A stretch of DNA of 64,000 nt from Desulfobaccales bacterium (GCA_037481655.1 JBBFLF010000002.1:1856-65855); one strand, 5' to 3'; counted from the first letter of the stretch, positions 49,932 through 60,563 are shown. Program-made: numbers and translations. Notes: generated from the letters alone by a model not told the origin.

Positions 49932-52297
49932 TGTCCGGCCCGGTTCGCCGTCGCCTGAGGGCCTGCCTGCTCCTGCTACTTCTGGGAGGGGGGGCGCTGG
50001 CCGCGGGGCAGGTGGAGCGGCTAAGCCGCATTGATCCGGCCCGTCTTGCCCCTGCCCCCGGCCCCCTCGTCCTGGACCGTCACGGCCGCATCTTACGCCT
50101 GGGACTGGATGCCCAGGGTCGCAAGGTCATCCTCCTGCCCCCCGGCCCCTTGCCGCCGCTGGTGGTGCAGGCCTTTGTGGCGGCGGAGGACCGGCGCTTC
50201 TGGCAGCACCCCGGGGTGGATTTTGTGGCCGCAGGGCGGGCGTTGCTGAGCAATCTCACCCATGGCCGCATCGTCTCCGGGGCCTCCACCCTCACCATGC
50301 AGCTTTGCCGTCAGCTCGAGCCCGGGCCCCGCACCTATGGCCGCAAGCTGACGGAAATGGCCCGGGCCGTGCGATTGGAAGCCGCCTTCCCCAAGGAGGA
50401 GATCCTGCGCCATTTTCTGAATCGCGTGCCCTTGGGGGGCAACCTGGTGGGGGTGGAGACCGCCGCCCGGGCGTATTTCGGCTGTGCGGCGGCGGAACTC
50501 ACCCCGGCCCAGGCCGCCGCCTTGGCTGCCCTGGCAAAGGCGCCCACCCGGCTCCATCCCCGGAAGGCCCCCGCGGCCCTCCTCTCCCGGCGGCAGCGGG
50601 TTTTGCAGGTCATGGGATTCTTGGGGTATTTAACCCCCCACCAGGTGGCGCTGGCTCACCATGAACCCCTGTCTCTTGCTCCCGGAGCCCCCGCCCTGCC
50701 TTTTGCCGCGCCACACTTCGTCAATCTGGTACTGGCCTCCGCCCCTTTGCCCTCCCATGGCCTGGTAACTACCACCCTGGACCTGGACCTGCAGTCCCGG
50801 GCCGAGGCCATCCTCACCTCCCACCGGGAACGCCTCCGGAGGCATGGCGCCCGCCAGGCAGCCCTGGTGGCCCTGGATAATCGCTCAGGCGAAATCCTGG
50901 CCCTGGTGGGCTCCCTGGAATACAGCCGCCGTGAGCAAGGCCTGGTCAACGGCGCCAGCGCCCAACGCTCCCCCGGCTCGGCCCTCAAGCCCTTCCTTTA
51001 TGCCCTGGCCCTGGACCTGGGACTCACCCCGGCCACCCTGCTCCCGGATGTGGAGCGCCGTTACCGCATCCCCGGGGGCGAATTCCAGCCCTTGAACTTC
51101 GACCGCACCGCCCACGGACCCGTCTCCTTCCGGGAGGCCCTGGGCAATTCCCTTAACCTGTCGGCAGTGCGCCTCCTTTCCCATCTAGGTCCCGAGTGTT
51201 TTTACGCCACCCTGGAGAAACTGGAGCTCATCTCTCCTGCGGCGCCGGGCCCGGAGCACTATGGCCTGGGTCTGGTGGTGGGCAATGTGGAGGTGAGTCT
51301 CCTGGCCCTGGCCCAGGCCTACGCCACCTTAGCCAACGGCGGGCTTTTTCGCCCCCTCCGTCTCCTGAAGGACAGCCCGGAACCCCCGCCCCGGCGGGTC
51401 TTCTCCGCCCAGGCCGCCTACATCATCAGCGACATCCTGACCGATCCGGTGGCCCGGGGCCGGGTCTTTGGGGCCTCCCAGGCCATGAATCCCCCCTTCC
51501 CCCTCGCCCTCAAGACCGGCACTAGCAGCCGCTACCGGGACTGCTGGGCGGTGGGCTATACCCGGGACCATACCCTGGCGGTGTGGGTGGGGAACTTCGA
51601 CGGCCACCCCACCCGGGAGGCCAGCGGAGCTCAGGTGGCCGCCCCCATCCTGGCGGCCTTGGCCGCGGAACTCTACCGCCACCGGCCCCCAGAGCCCCTG
51701 CCCCGGCCTGCGGGACTGGTGGCCATGGATATCTGCGCCTTTTCCGGCCAGCGCCCCGGGCCGGCCTGCCCGCACCGCACCCGGGAGCTGTTCATCGCCG
51801 GGGCCGAGCCCGGCGAGATCTGCACCCTGCACCACCCCGGGGAGCCCTGGCACCGCTTGACCCCGGAGTACGCCGGCTGGCTCAAGGGCCGCCACCTCAA
51901 AGCCAGCGCCGGCCGCTTCCGCCTGGCCGGGTTTCCCGCCGACCTGGAGCGCCTATTCCATCCCACCCCCATATCCACGACCCAGACTTGGCCCTCGCCG
52001 GCAAAGGGAGCAATTTCCATGCCAGATCGGCACACCACGGGGGGCGGGGTGTCCATTGTCCGGCCGCTGGCAGGGGAGCGGTATGTGCTGCCTCCAGGGT
52101 CGGCGTCCTTAAGCCTCACCGCCGCCGCGGAGGTGCAAGCCCCCCTGCCGGCGGTCAGCTGGTACCTCAACGGCCGGGAGCTGGCCCGGGTGGGGCCGCC
52201 CTATGAGGTGGAACTCCAGCTTCCCCGGGGCCGGCATCGCCTGGCGGCCCTGGACCCCCTAGGGTTTGGCGATGAGGTGGAGGTGAGGGTGGAATGA
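49931..52297 (+). CDS. pbpC: Penicillin-binding protein 1C
   Basis: Transglycosylase EDRRF, GASTLTMQ, RKLTE; transpeptidase SALK, SLN, KTGT; C-terminal BiPBP_C-like domain; TGATG overlap with the alpha-2-macroglobulin stop. Confidence 0.93.
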   Translation: MSGPVRRRLRACLLLLLLGGGALAAGQVERLSRIDPARLAPAPGPLVLDRHGRILRLGLDAQGRKVILLPPGPLPPLVVQAFVAAEDRRFWQHPGVDFVAAGRALLSNLTHGRIVSGASTLTMQLCRQLEPGPRTYGRKLTEMARAVRLEAAFPKEEILRHFLNRVPLGGNLVGVETAARAYFGCAAAELTPAQAAALAALAKAPTRLHPRKAPAALLSRRQRVLQVMGFLGYLTPHQVALAHHEPLSLAPGAPALPFAAPHFVNLVLASAPLPSHGLVTTTLDLDLQSRAEAILTSHRERLRRHGARQAALVALDNRSGEILALVGSLEYSRREQGLVNGASAQRSPGSALKPFLYALALDLGLTPATLLPDVERRYRIPGGEFQPLNFDRTAHGPVSFREALGNSLNLSAVRLLSHLGPECFYATLEKLELISPAAPGPEHYGLGLVVGNVEVSLLALAQAYATLANGGLFRPLRLLKDSPEPPPRRVFSAQAAYIISDILTDPVARGRVFGASQAMNPPFPLALKTGTSSRYRDCWAVGYTRDHTLAVWVGNFDGHPTREASGAQVAAPILAALAAELYRHRPPEPLPRPAGLVAMDICAFSGQRPGPACPHRTRELFIAGAEPGEICTLHHPGEPWHRLTPEYAGWLKGRHLKASAGRFRLAGFPADLERLFHPTPISTTQTWPSPAKGAISMPDRHTTGGGVSIVRPLAGERYVLPPGSASLSLTAAAEVQAPLPAVSWYLNGRELARVGPPYEVELQLPRGRHRLAALDPLGFGDEVEVRVE

Positions 52298-52385
52298 GGC
52301 GGCAGATGGGAAAAGGAGCCCACGCAGCGCAATTGACTCGTTTCAAAACTCATGGTGCGGTTATGCAGGAGAGACGCTTCCTTTA

Positions 52386-53597
52386 CTAAGATTCACCTTT
52401 CTCAATTTTCCTGCCCTCACCATCCGGCGCCGCCAGGCCGGATTCTATGAGATAACGATTGACAAAGATTTTATTTCTTAAATATACACAGGCCATAAAT
52501 TTTGTACATTGAGCGTCGGAATCTGCTTCTTTTATTATCACTCTTTTATGTAAAACCTGGCGTTTTAAGTAGTCAATTGTGTCAGCCTTGTCTTTTATTT
52601 TTACTCCTCGGAACCCCACTTTTCTGCCGTCATTTAATAAAATCGTGTTTTCATCAATGATGCGCACCACCCTGGGCAGGTCCTGCTGCCGGTAATCTGC
52701 CGCCAGGGCGTTCTGCTCCGGGAAAGCGTTCTGAATGGCGGGCACATAATCGATTTTCGGGAGCGGGGAAGGCTCTTTCCGGGTGATCAGGGTGACCCGC
52801 TCCTCAAAGGGCAGGCGGTGGGCCAGGCCCAGCTTCTCCCGGATGAGGGGGAGGAAGGTGTCGCTGATCTCATAGCCGATGGCATTGCGCCCCTGCTCCA
52901 GGGCCACCCTGGCCGTGGTGCCGCTCCCCAGGAAGGGGTCCAGCACCGTGTCGCCTACGAAGGTGAACATGCGGATGAGCCGGCGGGGCAGCTCCTCCGG
53001 GAACATGGCCTCATGTCCCACCTGCCTGGCGCCCCCGAAGTGCCAATGCCCGGCGAAGTACTCCTTCCACTCTTCTTTGCTTAACCGGGAAGCCTCCTTC
53101 ACCTCCCGGCTCACCTTCTTCCCCGGGCCCGGCTTCTTGAAGATGAGGATAAATTCGTAATCGATCTCCACCAGGCCGTTGGGGGGATAAGGGTAGGAGC
53201 CCATGACCGGCGCGCCGCCGGTAGTGTTCATGGTGGTCTTTTTCTGCCAGATGATGCTCCCCAGGAAATCGAAACCCAGGCGCTCCCCCTGAACGATGAT
53301 CTCGGCGTGCAGCGGGATGACCTTGTAGCGCCCGTAAATGGCGGCCCGGGCGAACTGATCCCCCACATTGACGGTAAGCCGCCCCCCGGGCCGCAGCACC
53401 CGGAAGCACTCCCCCCAGACCCGGTACAGATCCTGCAAATATTCATGCAGGCTCTGCCCGTAGCCGATCTGGCCGGGGACACCGTAGTCCTTGAGGTGCC
53501 AATAAGGGGGGGAGGTGACCACCAGGTCAACGCTGGCGTCGGCCGCCTCTGGCATGGAGCGGCTGTCCCCCAGAATGATTTTGGCCCAGGTATCCAT
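52386..53597 (-). CDS. Beta-class site-specific DNA methyltransferase (N4C/N6A) fused to an SNase-like C-terminal domain
   Basis: VVTSPPY (motif IV) precedes VLDPFLGSGTT (motif I); HEAMFPEEL; the tail RVVRIIDENTILL...VYL...FVNRYLIESGLA follows the thermonuclease pattern. Confidence 0.87.
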   Translation of the reverse strand: MDTWAKIILGDSRSMPEAADASVDLVVTSPPYWHLKDYGVPGQIGYGQSLHEYLQDLYRVWGECFRVLRPGGRLTVNVGDQFARAAIYGRYKVIPLHAEIIVQGERLGFDFLGSIIWQKKTTMNTTGGAPVMGSYPYPPNGLVEIDYEFILIFKKPGPGKKVSREVKEASRLSKEEWKEYFAGHWHFGGARQVGHEAMFPEELPRRLIRMFTFVGDTVLDPFLGSGTTARVALEQGRNAIGYEISDTFLPLIREKLGLAHRLPFEERVTLITRKEPSPLPKIDYVPAIQNAFPEQNALAADYRQQDLPRVVRIIDENTILLNDGRKVGFRGVKIKDKADTIDYLKRQVLHKRVIIKEADSDAQCTKFMACVYLRNKIFVNRYLIESGLAAPDGEGRKIEKGES

Positions 53598-53787
53598 GGT
53601 TTTAGGGGGTGGTTCGTGAAGGAGGGGGCCAAGGGGAGCTGACCCTGGACCGCCCTTTCCATCCCTCATAGGGTGCCACAGAATCTCTGCGTTTACAGAT
53701 TATTGCCTTTGAGGCTCAAGCCCTTGAGGGGGGAGGCGGGTGAAGGAAGGGCTAAGGAAACACTGCTCACTGCGTTTCGCCCTTGCC

Positions 53788-54369
53788 TCATTTCGCCAGC
53801 CACCTCAGGGCCTGGCGCAGCAGCTCCTCCAGGGTTGAGGCCCCCTGGGCGGCGGCCGTCTCCAGGGCCTTGTCCGCCTGGGCCCGGGTATAACCCAGGT
53901 TGAGGAGGGCGGAGAGCGCATCCTCCCGGGCCTGATCCGGGGCGGGGCGGGGGCGTCCTTTCGGGACCGGCCGGGTTTTGTCTTTCAGCTCCAGGACGAT
54001 GCGCTCGGCGGTCTTTTTCCCCACCCCGGGGATGGCCGCCAGCCGCCTAACGTCACCCGCGGCCAGGGCCTGGCGGAACTCCTCCGGCCCCACGCCGCTC
54101 AAGATATTCAGGGCCATGCGGGCCCCCACCCGGGGGATGCCCAGGAGCTGCAGGAACAGGTCCTTTTCCTCCGGGTCGGCAAAGCCGTACAGGTTCAGGG
54201 CCTCCTCCTGCAGGCGGGTGTGGATATGCAACGAGACCGCGGCCGGGGGTTCGGGCAGGGCGTAAAAGGTGGTGAGGGAAATGAAGACCTGATAGCCCAC
54301 GCCGCCCACCTGCACGAGAATTTGGCCGGGGGTCTTCTCCAGGAGGCGGCCTTCCAGAAAGCCGATCAT
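53788..54369 (-). CDS. ruvA: Holliday junction branch migration protein RuvA
   Basis: MIGFLEG, VGGVGY, LYGF, IPGVGKKTAERIVLELKDK, ALLNLGY. Confidence 0.97.
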   Translation of the reverse strand: MIGFLEGRLLEKTPGQILVQVGGVGYQVFISLTTFYALPEPPAAVSLHIHTRLQEEALNLYGFADPEEKDLFLQLLGIPRVGARMALNILSGVGPEEFRQALAAGDVRRLAAIPGVGKKTAERIVLELKDKTRPVPKGRPRPAPDQAREDALSALLNLGYTRAQADKALETAAAQGASTLEELLRQALRWLAK

Positions 54370-54857
54370 GGGGCGATCAGGGGGAGGCGCAGGTGGAAGA
54401 GGTGGCAGAGGCCCACCGCCAGGGCATCGGCGGCGTGCTGGCCGCTGACCTTCAGGCCCAAAAGCTGCTCCACCATGAGCTGCACCTGGGACTTGCTGGC
54501 CTGGCCGTAGCCCACCACCGCCTTTTTCACCACCAGGGCCGGATAGACCTGCACCGGCACCCCCATCTGGGCGGCGGCCAGGAGGATCACTCCCCGGACC
54601 TGTCCCAAGGTGAAGGCGCTTTTGACGTTGCGGGCCAGAAAGAGGTCCTCCAGGGCCAGGGTGTGGGGGCGGTGGCGCTGCAGGATCTCCAGCAGGGCGT
54701 CATAAATTTGACGCAGGCGCTCCGGCAGGGGGGCCCGGCCCCGCGGGGCAATCTGGCCGTGGGCCACATGGGCCACTTGCTGGCGCCCGCCGGCTACCAC
54801 GCCAAAGCCGGTGGCCTGGGAGCCGGGGTCCACCCCCACCACCACCTGGGGCGTCAC
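54366..54857 (-). CDS. ruvC: Crossover junction endodeoxyribonuclease RuvC
   Basis: [32 protein letters not shown]. Confidence 0.97.
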   Translation of the reverse strand: MTPQVVVGVDPGSQATGFGVVAGGRQQVAHVAHGQIAPRGRAPLPERLRQIYDALLEILQRHRPHTLALEDLFLARNVKSAFTLGQVRGVILLAAAQMGVPVQVYPALVVKKAVVGYGQASKSQVQLMVEQLLGLKVSGQHAADALAVGLCHLFHLRLPLIAP

Positions 54858-55600
54858 ATCAGGGCCTCCATGATCTTGTCCGGGATGTCGAAGTTAGCGA
54901 AGACATTGCTGACATCGTCGTGGTCCTCCAGCATCTCCACCAGCTTGAGGACCTTCTGGGCCCGCTCCTCCTCGGTGATGGACACGGTGGTCTTGGGCCG
55001 GAGCTGAATTTCCGCCAAGACCGGTTTGAAGCCCTTGGCCTCCAGGGCTTCCTTGACCTCCACGAAATTGGCCGGGTCGGTGAGCACCTCCAGCTGACTG
55101 CCGGAATTCTGCAGGTCCTCGGCGCCGCACTCGAGGGCGGCCTCCAGGAGGGCGTCCTCATCCACCCCCTCAAAGACGATGACCCCTTTTTTGTCGAACA
55201 TCCAGGCCACACAGCCCGGCTCGCCCAGGCTGCCGCCAAACTTGGCGAAGAGGTGCCGGACGTCGGCCACGGTGCGGTTTTTGTTGTCGGTGAGGCTCTC
55301 CACGATGAGAGCCACCCCCTCGGGGCCGTAGCCCTCGTAGTAGACCTCCTCCAGGGCGCTGCCGCCGCCCTCTTCGCCGGTGCCCTTGCGGATGGCCCGG
55401 ATGATGTTCTCCTTGGGCATGTTCTCTTCCTTGGCGGCGGCGATGGCGGCTCTGAGCCTCGGGTTGCCGCTGGGATCCCCGCCCCCCAGGCGGGCGGCCA
55501 CGGTGATCTCCTTGGCCAGCTTGCTAAAGATCTTCCCCCGCTTGGCGTCCACCGCGCCTTTTTTGCGTTTGATGGTGCTCCACTTGGAATGACCGGACAT
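54854..55600 (-). CDS. yebC: YebC/PmpR-family protein
   Basis: [41 protein letters not shown]. Confidence 0.97.
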   Translation of the reverse strand: MSGHSKWSTIKRKKGAVDAKRGKIFSKLAKEITVAARLGGGDPSGNPRLRAAIAAAKEENMPKENIIRAIRKGTGEEGGGSALEEVYYEGYGPEGVALIVESLTDNKNRTVADVRHLFAKFGGSLGEPGCVAWMFDKKGVIVFEGVDEDALLEAALECGAEDLQNSGSQLEVLTDPANFVEVKEALEAKGFKPVLAEIQLRPKTTVSITEEERAQKVLKLVEMLEDHDDVSNVFANFDIPDKIMEALM

Positions 55601-55617
55601 GGTCGCCCCACCTCCTT

Positions 55618-56247
55618 TCAGCCATGCTGCTCCGGGTTCTGGTCCGGCGGCCCTGAAGCTCCCCGTTTTTTGAGGCCCACCAGGTAAAGTTCCCGGCTGG
55701 CCGCCCGGGAGCCGGGCGGTTTGGCCCGGTGGACCTCGGCAAAGACCTGCCGCACCTCCGCCACCAGCGCCGGGAGCTCCGGCCCCTCGAAGACCTTGAC
55801 CAGGAAATGGCCGCCCGGCCGCAAAAGCTCCCGGGCCGCGGCCAGGGCTGCCCGGGCCAGGGCCAGGGAGCGGCTTTCGTCCACCTCCCGGATGCCGCTG
55901 GTTAAGGGCGCCAGGTCACTCACCACCAGGTCGAAGACCGCCGCCTTTTCCCGGAGGGCTGCCAAGTCTAGACTTTGCACATCCCCGGCCAGAAAGTCTA
56001 GGGGTGGCTTCAGGGGCACCGCCGGCGGGTTCAGGTCCACCCCCAGCACCAGCCCCTCCGGGCCCACCCGCTCGCCCAGGTATTGCAGCCAGGACCCGGG
56101 GCTGCAGCCCAGATCCAGCACCCGCTGCCCCCGGCGTACCAGATGATATTTGGCATCCAGGGCCTTGAGTTTGAAGACGGCCCGGGAAACGTACCCGGCT
56201 TCCCGGGCTTGGCGCCGGTAGGGGTCCGGCACTCCGGGGCGCGGCAT
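55618..56247 (-). CDS. rlmE: 23S rRNA Um2552 methyltransferase
   Basis: [32 protein letters not shown]. Confidence 0.93.
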   Translation of the reverse strand: MPRPGVPDPYRRQAREAGYVSRAVFKLKALDAKYHLVRRGQRVLDLGCSPGSWLQYLGERVGPEGLVLGVDLNPPAVPLKPPLDFLAGDVQSLDLAALREKAAVFDLVVSDLAPLTSGIREVDESRSLALARAALAAARELLRPGGHFLVKVFEGPELPALVAEVRQVFAEVHRAKPPGSRAASRELYLVGLKKRGASGPPDQNPEQHG

Positions 56248-56334
56248 GGCCGTTCATATCCTATCTCATGGGATTAATTGACATTTACCATGCTGAGCCC
56301 GGCTTGGCAATGAAAAAGCCCACAGCGCCTTTCC

Positions 56335-56348
56335 GTCAAAAAATTGAC
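56335..56348. promoter_or_regulatory. Palindromic enhancer-like site (FleQ/FlrA-type box)
   Basis: GTCAAAAAATTGAC inverted repeat about 95 bp upstream of the sigma-54 promoter; one mismatch to the FleQ consensus GTCaNTAAAtTGAC as I recall it. Confidence 0.55.
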
Positions 56349-56441
56349 TCACCGCCTCTTCTTTGACGCCGGCCAAAGTCTGGGTGAACGGAACTGGCAG
56401 CAATATCAAAGAGATAGTCCTCAAACCCCCATGGCCGGTCT

Positions 56442-56457
56442 TGGCACGAGGCTTGCT
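56442..56457 (+). promoter_or_regulatory. Sigma-54 (-24/-12) promoter of the fliL operon
   Basis: TGGCACG-AGGC-TTGCT matches the consensus exactly, 35 bp before the fliL ATG. Confidence 0.85.
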
Positions 56458-56492
56458 CACCCTCAGGTGACCTCCTGACCGGTGAGGGAGAC

Positions 56493-56960
56493 ATGACCGA
56501 GGCGACCCCGAAAAAACCCCGACGTCTCAAACTCCTGCTCCTGGCCGCGGTGACCCTGTTGCTTCTGTCCGGCGGCGGCCTGGCCTATCTGATCCTGACC
56601 GACGACCCCTCGGCGGCCGGCCCCCCGGCCGGCGGCAAGGAGGAAGCCAAAGCCGGCCCCGGCGCCACCATGTCCCTGGAGCCCTTCCTCATCAATCTGG
56701 CGGACCAGGAGACCCGCCGCTACCTGAAGATCAAGGTGGAGCTGGGGGTGGACCAGGACAAGACCATCAAGGAGCTGGAAAAGGTCCTGCCCCGCATCCG
56801 GGACGCTTTTATCCTGCTTCTGGGGAGCAAAACCTACAAGGATGTGGCCACCCCTGAAGGCAAGCTGCGCCTGAAAGAGGAGATGCTGCAGCAGCTGGCC
56901 CAGATCCCCGGGGGGAAGAAGGTCAGGGAAGTTTTCTTCACCGAGTTTGTGGCCCAATAG
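56493..56960 (+). CDS. fliL: Flagellar basal-body protein FliL
   Basis: Single TM, LEPFLINL, RIRDAFI, EGKLRLKEE, EVFFTEFVAQ. Confidence 0.93.
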   Translation: MTEATPKKPRRLKLLLLAAVTLLLLSGGGLAYLILTDDPSAAGPPAGGKEEAKAGPGATMSLEPFLINLADQETRRYLKIKVELGVDQDKTIKELEKVLPRIRDAFILLLGSKTYKDVATPEGKLRLKEEMLQQLAQIPGGKKVREVFFTEFVAQ

Positions 56961-56970
56961 GAGGGGCGCG

Positions 56971-57951
56971 GTGAACAAGGTCCTGTCCCAGGAAGAGGTG
57001 GATGCCCTGCTCAAGGGGTTGGTGGACGGCGACATTGAGGCGGAGAGTGAACCCCGTCCCCTGCCGGAGGGGGTCATCCCCTACGACTTCACCTCCCAGG
57101 AGCGCATCATCCGGGGCCGCATGCCCACCATGGAGGTGATCAACGAGCATTTTGCCCGGGCCTTCCGCATCTCCTTGTCCATGATCCTGCGGCGCACCGT
57201 GGATTTGCAGACCAATTTTGTCCAGATGCAGAAATATGGGGAAGTCCTGCGCTCCCTCCCCATGCCCTGCAGCTTTCACATCTTCAAGATGGAGCCCTTA
57301 AGGGGACAATGCCTCCTGGTGGTGGACAGCAAGCTGGTCTTCACCCTGGTGGAATGCTTCCTGGGGGGCAACGCCCGGATGCGCTTCAAGATCGAGGGCC
57401 GGGATTTCACCACCATCGAACGCCGCCTTATCCAGAAGGTAGTGCTCATGGCCTTCCAGGACCTGGAGAAGGCCTGGCACCCGGTGCACCCCGTGAAGAT
57501 GCACCTGGTGCGGGTGGAGATCAACCCCATGTTCGTGGGGGTGGCCACCCCCAACGACATCATGGTGGTGAGCCGCTTCCAGGTGGAGATGGAGCAGGCG
57601 GACGGCTACCTCACCCTGTGCATCCCCTACGCCACCATCGAGCCCATCAAAGGCCGGCTGTACTCCGGTTTCCAGAGCGAGCAGCTGGAGATGGACAACC
57701 GCTGGACCCAGCGCATCCAGGAAGAGCTCAAGGACATGCCGGTGGAGGTGGTGGTGGAACTGGCCTCCACCACCATGCGGGCTCGGGACATCCTCAATCT
57801 GACGGCGGGCGACATTATCGTCTTTGAGAAGAAGATCACGGAGCCGCTGGTGGGCAAGGTGGCGGGCATCCCTAAGTTCACCGGCTTTGCCGGCCAGTTT
57901 CAAAAGGCCCGGGCCCTGAAAATTCAGCGACTCCTCTATCCCCATGCCTGA
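56971..57951 (+). CDS. fliM: Flagellar motor switch protein FliM
   Basis: [14 protein letters not shown]...[15 protein letters not shown], SpoA domain; GTG start. Confidence 0.96.
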   Translation: MNKVLSQEEVDALLKGLVDGDIEAESEPRPLPEGVIPYDFTSQERIIRGRMPTMEVINEHFARAFRISLSMILRRTVDLQTNFVQMQKYGEVLRSLPMPCSFHIFKMEPLRGQCLLVVDSKLVFTLVECFLGGNARMRFKIEGRDFTTIERRLIQKVVLMAFQDLEKAWHPVHPVKMHLVRVEINPMFVGVATPNDIMVVSRFQVEMEQADGYLTLCIPYATIEPIKGRLYSGFQSEQLEMDNRWTQRIQEELKDMPVEVVVELASTTMRARDILNLTAGDIIVFEKKITEPLVGKVAGIPKFTGFAGQFQKARALKIQRLLYPHA

Positions 57952-57970
57952 GCGGGAGGACCCCTGCATC

Positions 57971-58378
57971 ATGGCCCATGATCCGAAAACCCAGTCTGCC
58001 AGTGATTTTGATTGGGACACCGCCCTGGATGAGCCGATGACCGCAACGGTGCCACAGCCATCGGCGGCAGCCCCGGCAGGAACCGACCCCCAGCGGCCCG
58101 AGGACAACCCCGGTGAGTCTCCCAACCTGGCCCTGCTCCTGGATATTCCTTTGGAAATCACCGCCGAGTTGGGCCGCACCCGCATGATCATCAACGACCT
58201 CCTGCAACTGGGCCAGGGCTCGGTCATCGAACTCAACAAGCTGGCGGGGGAGCCCCTGGAGATCCTGGTGAACCAAAAACTCATCGCCCGGGGGGAAGTG
58301 GTGGTGGTCAATGAAAAATTCGGCATCCGGCTGACGGACATCATCAGTCCGGTGGACCGCATCAAGCAGCTGGGATGA
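57971..58378 (+). CDS. fliN: Flagellar motor switch protein FliN
   Basis: [42 protein letters not shown]; alternative start at 57944. Confidence 0.95.
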   Translation: MAHDPKTQSASDFDWDTALDEPMTATVPQPSAAAPAGTDPQRPEDNPGESPNLALLLDIPLEITAELGRTRMIINDLLQLGQGSVIELNKLAGEPLEILVNQKLIARGEVVVVNEKFGIRLTDIISPVDRIKQLG

Positions 58379-58758
58379 GCATGGGCGAAGGGCTCTGGAA
58401 TCTGGCGGCCGCGAGGACAGGGCAGATGGCGGGACTGGCGGTCCTGTCGGACGCCTCTAGCTCTCTGGCGGGGGAGCTCCTCCGGGTCCTGGGGGTACTC
58501 CTGGGCCTGCTGGGCCTGTTGGTGGCGGGCCTGCACCTGCTGCGCCGCTTCCGTCTCGCTCCCGTCTCCCGGGCGCCGTATATCCAGGTGCTCTCCACCC
58601 ACTACCTGGCGGCCCGTCAGGCCCTGTGGGTGGTGGCGGTGGGGCGCCAACGGTTTCTCTTGGCCTCCAGCCCCGAACGGGTGGAGCTGCTCACCGCCCT
58701 GCCTGACGGGGAGGCGCCGGACCCCGGTGAGCCAGTTCCCCAGGAGGACAGGGCATGA
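58375..58758 (+). CDS. fliO: Flagellar biosynthesis protein FliO/FliZ
   Basis: TM followed by IQVLSTHYL...LWVVAVG..FLL; located between fliN and fliP. Confidence 0.8.
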   Translation: MSMGEGLWNLAAARTGQMAGLAVLSDASSSLAGELLRVLGVLLGLLGLLVAGLHLLRRFRLAPVSRAPYIQVLSTHYLAARQALWVVAVGRQRFLLASSPERVELLTALPDGEAPDPGEPVPQEDRA

Positions 58759-59483
58759 GGTACCTCACGGCAGGCCTGGGGGGGGTGATTCTGGCCTTGT
58801 GGCCGGGGAGCGGCGGGGCCGCAGGCTGGGGTCTGGAGCAGGCCTTGGCGCCCCAAGGCCTCAGCCTCTCCCTGAAACTGCTCTTTCTCCTCACCGCCCT
58901 CTCCCTGGCCCCGGCCCTCCTCATCATGGTCACCTCCTTCACCCGCCTGGTGGTGGTCTTCGCCTTCCTGCGCCACGCCCTGGGCACCCAGCAGCTGCCG
59001 CCCAACCAGATCCTCATCGCCCTGGCCCTCTTCCTCACTCTCTTCATCATGGCGCCGGTGTGGCAGGAGGTGCAGGAGCAGGCCCTGAGCCCGTACATCG
59101 AGGGCCGGATCCAGGGGGAGGAGGCGCTGAGTCGGGGTCTGGAGCCCCTGCGTCGCTTCATGTTCAAGCAGACCCGGGAAAAGGACCTGGCATTGTTCGT
59201 CAGCCTGATGAACCGGCCCAAACCCCAGAATTTCGCCGAAGTGCCCACCACCGCGGTCATCCCGGCCTTCATGATCAGCGAACTGCGGACGGCCTTTGAG
59301 ATCGGCTTTCTCTTGTTTTTGCCCTTTCTCGTCATTGACATGGTGGTGGCCTCGGTGCTCCTGTCCATGGGCATGATGATGCTGCCGCCGGTGATGGTCT
59401 CCCTGGTCTTCAAGGTGCTGCTCTTTGTCCTGGTGGACGGTTGGAATCTGGTGGTGGGTTCCCTGGTGCGGAGTTTCCACTGA
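58755..59483 (+). CDS. fliP: Flagellar export protein FliP
   Basis: [32 protein letters not shown]. Confidence 0.97.
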   Translation: MRYLTAGLGGVILALWPGSGGAAGWGLEQALAPQGLSLSLKLLFLLTALSLAPALLIMVTSFTRLVVVFAFLRHALGTQQLPPNQILIALALFLTLFIMAPVWQEVQEQALSPYIEGRIQGEEALSRGLEPLRRFMFKQTREKDLALFVSLMNRPKPQNFAEVPTTAVIPAFMISELRTAFEIGFLLFLPFLVIDMVVASVLLSMGMMMLPPVMVSLVFKVLLFVLVDGWNLVVGSLVRSFH

Positions 59484-59502
59484 CCCTGGGGGAGGAAAAA
59501 GG

Positions 59503-59772
59503 ATGAGCCCGGAATTGGTCTTGGAACTGAGCCGTCAGGCGGTCAAGGTGACCCTCCTGGTGAGTCTGCCCATCCTGGGCGTCGGCTTGGTGGTGGGGAT
59601 TCTGGTGAGCCTCTTCCAGGCGGCCACCCAGATCCAGGAGATGACCCTCACCTTTGTCCCCAAGATCGTCAGCATCTTTGTGGGCCTGCTGCTGTTGCTC
59701 CCCTGGATCATGAACCAGCTCATGGGCTTTACCATGGAGCTGGTGGGCAACCTGCCCCGCTATATCCGCTGA
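59503..59772 (+). CDS. fliQ: Flagellar export protein FliQ
   Basis: SLFQAATQIQEMTLTFVPK. Confidence 0.96.
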   Translation: MSPELVLELSRQAVKVTLLVSLPILGVGLVVGILVSLFQAATQIQEMTLTFVPKIVSIFVGLLLLLPWIMNQLMGFTMELVGNLPRYIR

Positions 59773-59783
59773 GAGGTGGGGGA

Positions 59784-60560
59784 ATGGACGGGCTTCTGGG
59801 TCTGTGGCAGCCCTTTCTCTTGGTGACCCTGCGCACCAGCTGCCTGCTCGTCTTTTGGCCGGTCTGGGACCACCGCCTCCTCCCCCTGCCGGTGAAGGCG
59901 GCCTCCCTGCTGGCCCTGTCCTTCTGCCTGACGCCGGTGGTGGCTCCGCATGTGCCGGGGTGGCCTAGTTCTCTCGCGGGTCTGCTCTTCCTGGTGGGGC
60001 GGGAGGTGTTCCTGGGGTTCTGTCTCGGGCTCACCCTGCGTTTTCTCTTAAGCGGGGTCCAGATGGCGGGCAACCTGGTCTCCCTGCAGATGGGCTTCGG
60101 CATGATCACCCTCATCGATCCCCAGAGCCCCGCCCAGAATACCATCGTGGGCGAGCTCCTGGTCAAGATCGCCGTGCTGCTCTTTTTGGTGGGGGATGGG
60201 CACCATTTCCTGCTGCGCCTGCTGGTGCGGAGTTTCACCGAGGTCCCCCTGGCTGGTGACCCGGCCCTGCCCGGGGGGCTCCTTCCCTGGCTGGCGGGCC
60301 TGGGCCGGTTAATGTGGCAGGTGAGCGTAAAACTGGCGGCGCCCCTCATGGCCCTTTTCTTTCTGGTGCAGGTGGCCCTGGGGCTGGTGTCCCGGGCGGT
60401 GCCCCAGGTGCAGGTGATGCTTTTGAGCTTTCCCCTCACCATTGCCCTGGGGCTTGTCACCTTGTCTTTGTTGCTCACTTTGCTGGGGCCCTTCCTGACG
60501 GAGCAGTTCCGGGCCTTGGAGCTGCCGGTGGCCCAGGGCTTGCGGGCCTTTTCCGGGTAA
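59784..60560 (+). CDS. fliR: Flagellar export protein FliR
   Basis: QMAGNLVSLQMG, RAVPQVQV..FP. Confidence 0.93.
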   Translation: MDGLLGLWQPFLLVTLRTSCLLVFWPVWDHRLLPLPVKAASLLALSFCLTPVVAPHVPGWPSSLAGLLFLVGREVFLGFCLGLTLRFLLSGVQMAGNLVSLQMGFGMITLIDPQSPAQNTIVGELLVKIAVLLFLVGDGHHFLLRLLVRSFTEVPLAGDPALPGGLLPWLAGLGRLMWQVSVKLAAPLMALFFLVQVALGLVSRAVPQVQVMLLSFPLTIALGLVTLSLLLTLLGPFLTEQFRALELPVAQGLRAFSG

Positions 60561-60563
60561 ACC

